From assembly GCA_947627255.1 (NCBI GenBank), contig CANQVI010000004.1, positions 1-61,547 on the forward strand: a stretch of DNA of 61,547 nucleotides. Reading direction: 5' to 3'. The notes under the pieces were generated by a model. That model saw only the letters and a program-made list of their open reading frames with translations, was not told where the DNA came from and did not search any database. Positions 60,017 through 61,547 of the stretch are shown here, one piece after another. The first letter of the stretch is position 1. Each line of letters starts with the position of its first letter. A program made the position numbers and the translations under genes. This DNA comes from an uncultured Clostridia bacterium. Lineage in GTDB: Bacteria; Bacillota; Clostridia; TANB77; CAG-465.

Positions 60017-61547
60017 TTAGTCTTCTTTTTTAGCTTCTAGTAGTCTCATGCATCCATATCCTAAGATACTTATTAATGCTACTGCTAGTACTATTATCAT
60101 GTTATCGCTTACCATTCCACCAGTTTTTGGTAATGAATCTTTTTGGTTGTATACTATTGCTTCAATTAAGTCATCGTTATCTACAATGCTAAATTCATGT
60201 TCAGTAGTATCCATTATATATCCAACTGGAGCTTCAATTTCTTTGAAGTAATATTTACCATAAGGTAATTTACTAGATTCAGCTATACCATTTTCATCTG
60301 TTACTATTTCTTCAATAACTTCTTTGCTTTCATTTAAGATTGCAAATTTTACACCAGCTATTGGAGTTTTAGTTCCATCTTCTAATTTAAGTATTTTTAA
60401 TTGTCCTTTATTGTAGTAGTTTACTACTCTTTCAATTACATTTTGTCCATCTTCTTCTATTGTGAATTTATGTAATGAACTATCTACAATTAATCCTTCT
60501 GGAGCTTCTAACTCTCTATAGTAATATGTTCCTTTTTCTAATTCTTCAGATTCAGCTCTACCAGTTTCATCTGTAGTCATATAGCATACATGTTTTTCGT
60601 CTAAATCTAAGATTTCGAATTTAACACCTGCAAGTGGGTTTTCACTTTCGTCTACTTTTATAATTACTAATTTACCATGTTTAATGTCGTTTACAACTGT
60701 TTTAGTTACAATTTGACCATTATCATTTAAAGTAAATTCGTGTTCTTCAGCATCCATGATTACATTTTCTGGAGCTTCAGTTTCTTTATAATAGTAAGTT
60801 CCTAATGGTAAATCTTTTGATTGAGCTTCACCATTTTCGTTTGTTACTATTGTGTCTACTACTTGTTTATTAGCATCTAATATATCGAATTTAACATTTG
60901 AAAGTTTAGAACCATTGCTATCATATTTAACAATTTTTAATTTACCATGTGCTAAGTGGTTAACTACAGTAACAGCTTTTATTTCACCTTTATTAGTGAT
61001 TTCAAATGGATATTCAGTTCCATCTAATATATATCCTTTTGGAGCTTCTATCTCTTTGTAGTAATAGCTTCCTGGCTCTAATTCTTGAGATACAGCTATA
61101 CCTTGAGAATTTGTAGTTACTGTTTCTATAACTTGTTTATCTGAGCTTAAGATGTTGAATTTAACATTTGCTATTGGTTTATTGTCATCTCCAACTTTAG
61201 TAATTTTTAAAGAACCTTTAATTTTTTCATTAACGATATCTTTTCTAATTACTTGGTTATTTTCAGTAATGCTAAATTCATGTTTTTGTGTATCCATTAT
61301 AACATTTTCTGGAGCTTTTGTTTCTTGATAGTAATATTTACCATATGGTATATTTGCAAGACCAGCTCTACCTAAATTGTTAGTTGTTAATGTTGATACA
61401 ACATTTCCATTTTCATCTGTAATTTCAAATTCTACACCTTCAATTGGTGTTTTCTCGTCATCTGTTTTTTCTATTAATAATGTACCTTTATATCTAATGT
61501 TAGTTACAGTTTTATAGAATGTTCTGTTTTCTGCATCAACTGTAAAT
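60017..61547 (-). CDS. cell-wall-anchored CnaB/SpaA isopeptide-repeat surface protein, 5' end outside the window
   Basis: Frame open to the window edge; at least five ~90-aa repeats (G.L.I.K..D...L.GVKF.I...TT...G.A....L..G.YY..E..AP..Y); C-terminal LPKTG, TM and charged tail. Confidence 0.92.
   Translation of the reverse strand, partial: FTVDAENRTFYKTVTNIRYKGTLLIEKTDDEKTPIEGVEFEITDENGNVVSTLTTNNLGRAGLANIPYGKYYYQETKAPENVIMDTQKHEFSITENNQVIRKDIVNEKIKGSLKITKVGDDNKPIANVKFNILSSDKQVIETVTTNSQGIAVSQELEPGSYYYKEIEAPKGYILDGTEYPFEITNKGEIKAVTVVNHLAHGKLKIVKYDSNGSKLSNVKFDILDANKQVVDTIVTNENGEAQSKDLPLGTYYYKETEAPENVIMDAEEHEFTLNDNGQIVTKTVVNDIKHGKLVIIKVDESENPLAGVKFEILDLDEKHVCYMTTDETGRAESEELEKGTYYYRELEAPEGLIVDSSLHKFTIEEDGQNVIERVVNYYNKGQLKILKLEDGTKTPIAGVKFAILNESKEVIEEIVTDENGIAESSKLPYGKYYFKEIEAPVGYIMDTTEHEFSIVDNDDLIEAIVYNQKDSLPKTGGMVSDNMIIVLAVALISILGYGCMRLLEAKKED

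Noticed and set aside
366-61061. Numerous short ORFs antisense to long genes (e.g. 9664-10188, 49175-49642, 50884-51402, 59553-59957)
   Set aside because: They lie opposite well-conserved genes, lack RBSs and show the F/S/I/L-rich composition of reverse-frame shadows.
60017-61547. About 270-bp periodic repeats as a CRISPR array, DGR or shufflon
   Set aside because: They are in-frame, diverged CnaB domain repeats. No spacers, reverse transcriptase or recombination sites were seen.

Overview
A very AT-rich chromosomal segment from a spore-forming Firmicute of Clostridia type. Most genes lie on the minus strand. The left edge carries what looks like an rRNA operon promoter and leader pointing out of the window. 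The body is mostly housekeeping and sporulation: ctsR-mcsA-mcsB-clpC, dnaG-rpoD, holA/gpr, topA/trmFO, spoIIP, spoVAC-D-E, a divergent groES-groEL, scpA, recA-recX, rplM-rpsI, sipL-yunB, veg, rpsU, spoIIAA-AB without sigF, class B sortase, xerD, spoIIM and the adk-map-infA-rpmJ-rpsM-rpsK-rpsD-rpoA-rplQ block. The right end is a surface-protein locus. It has an LPKTG-anchored CnaB/SpaA repeat protein, then an N-anchored thioester-domain-like protein with Ser where the reactive Cys is expected, then about 1.05 kb with no evident gene, then a 59-aa gene absent from the ORF track that is essentially a stand-alone LPxTG sorting signal. Other notable items are a 53-aa ORF sharing an FWKxEWK motif with the N-terminus of its neighbour, an HD plus degenerate-EAL fusion, and an 18-aa micro-ORF with its own RBS and terminator. 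No CRISPR array, tRNA, IS element or prophage was seen. All calls are by-eye motif recognition; no searches were run.
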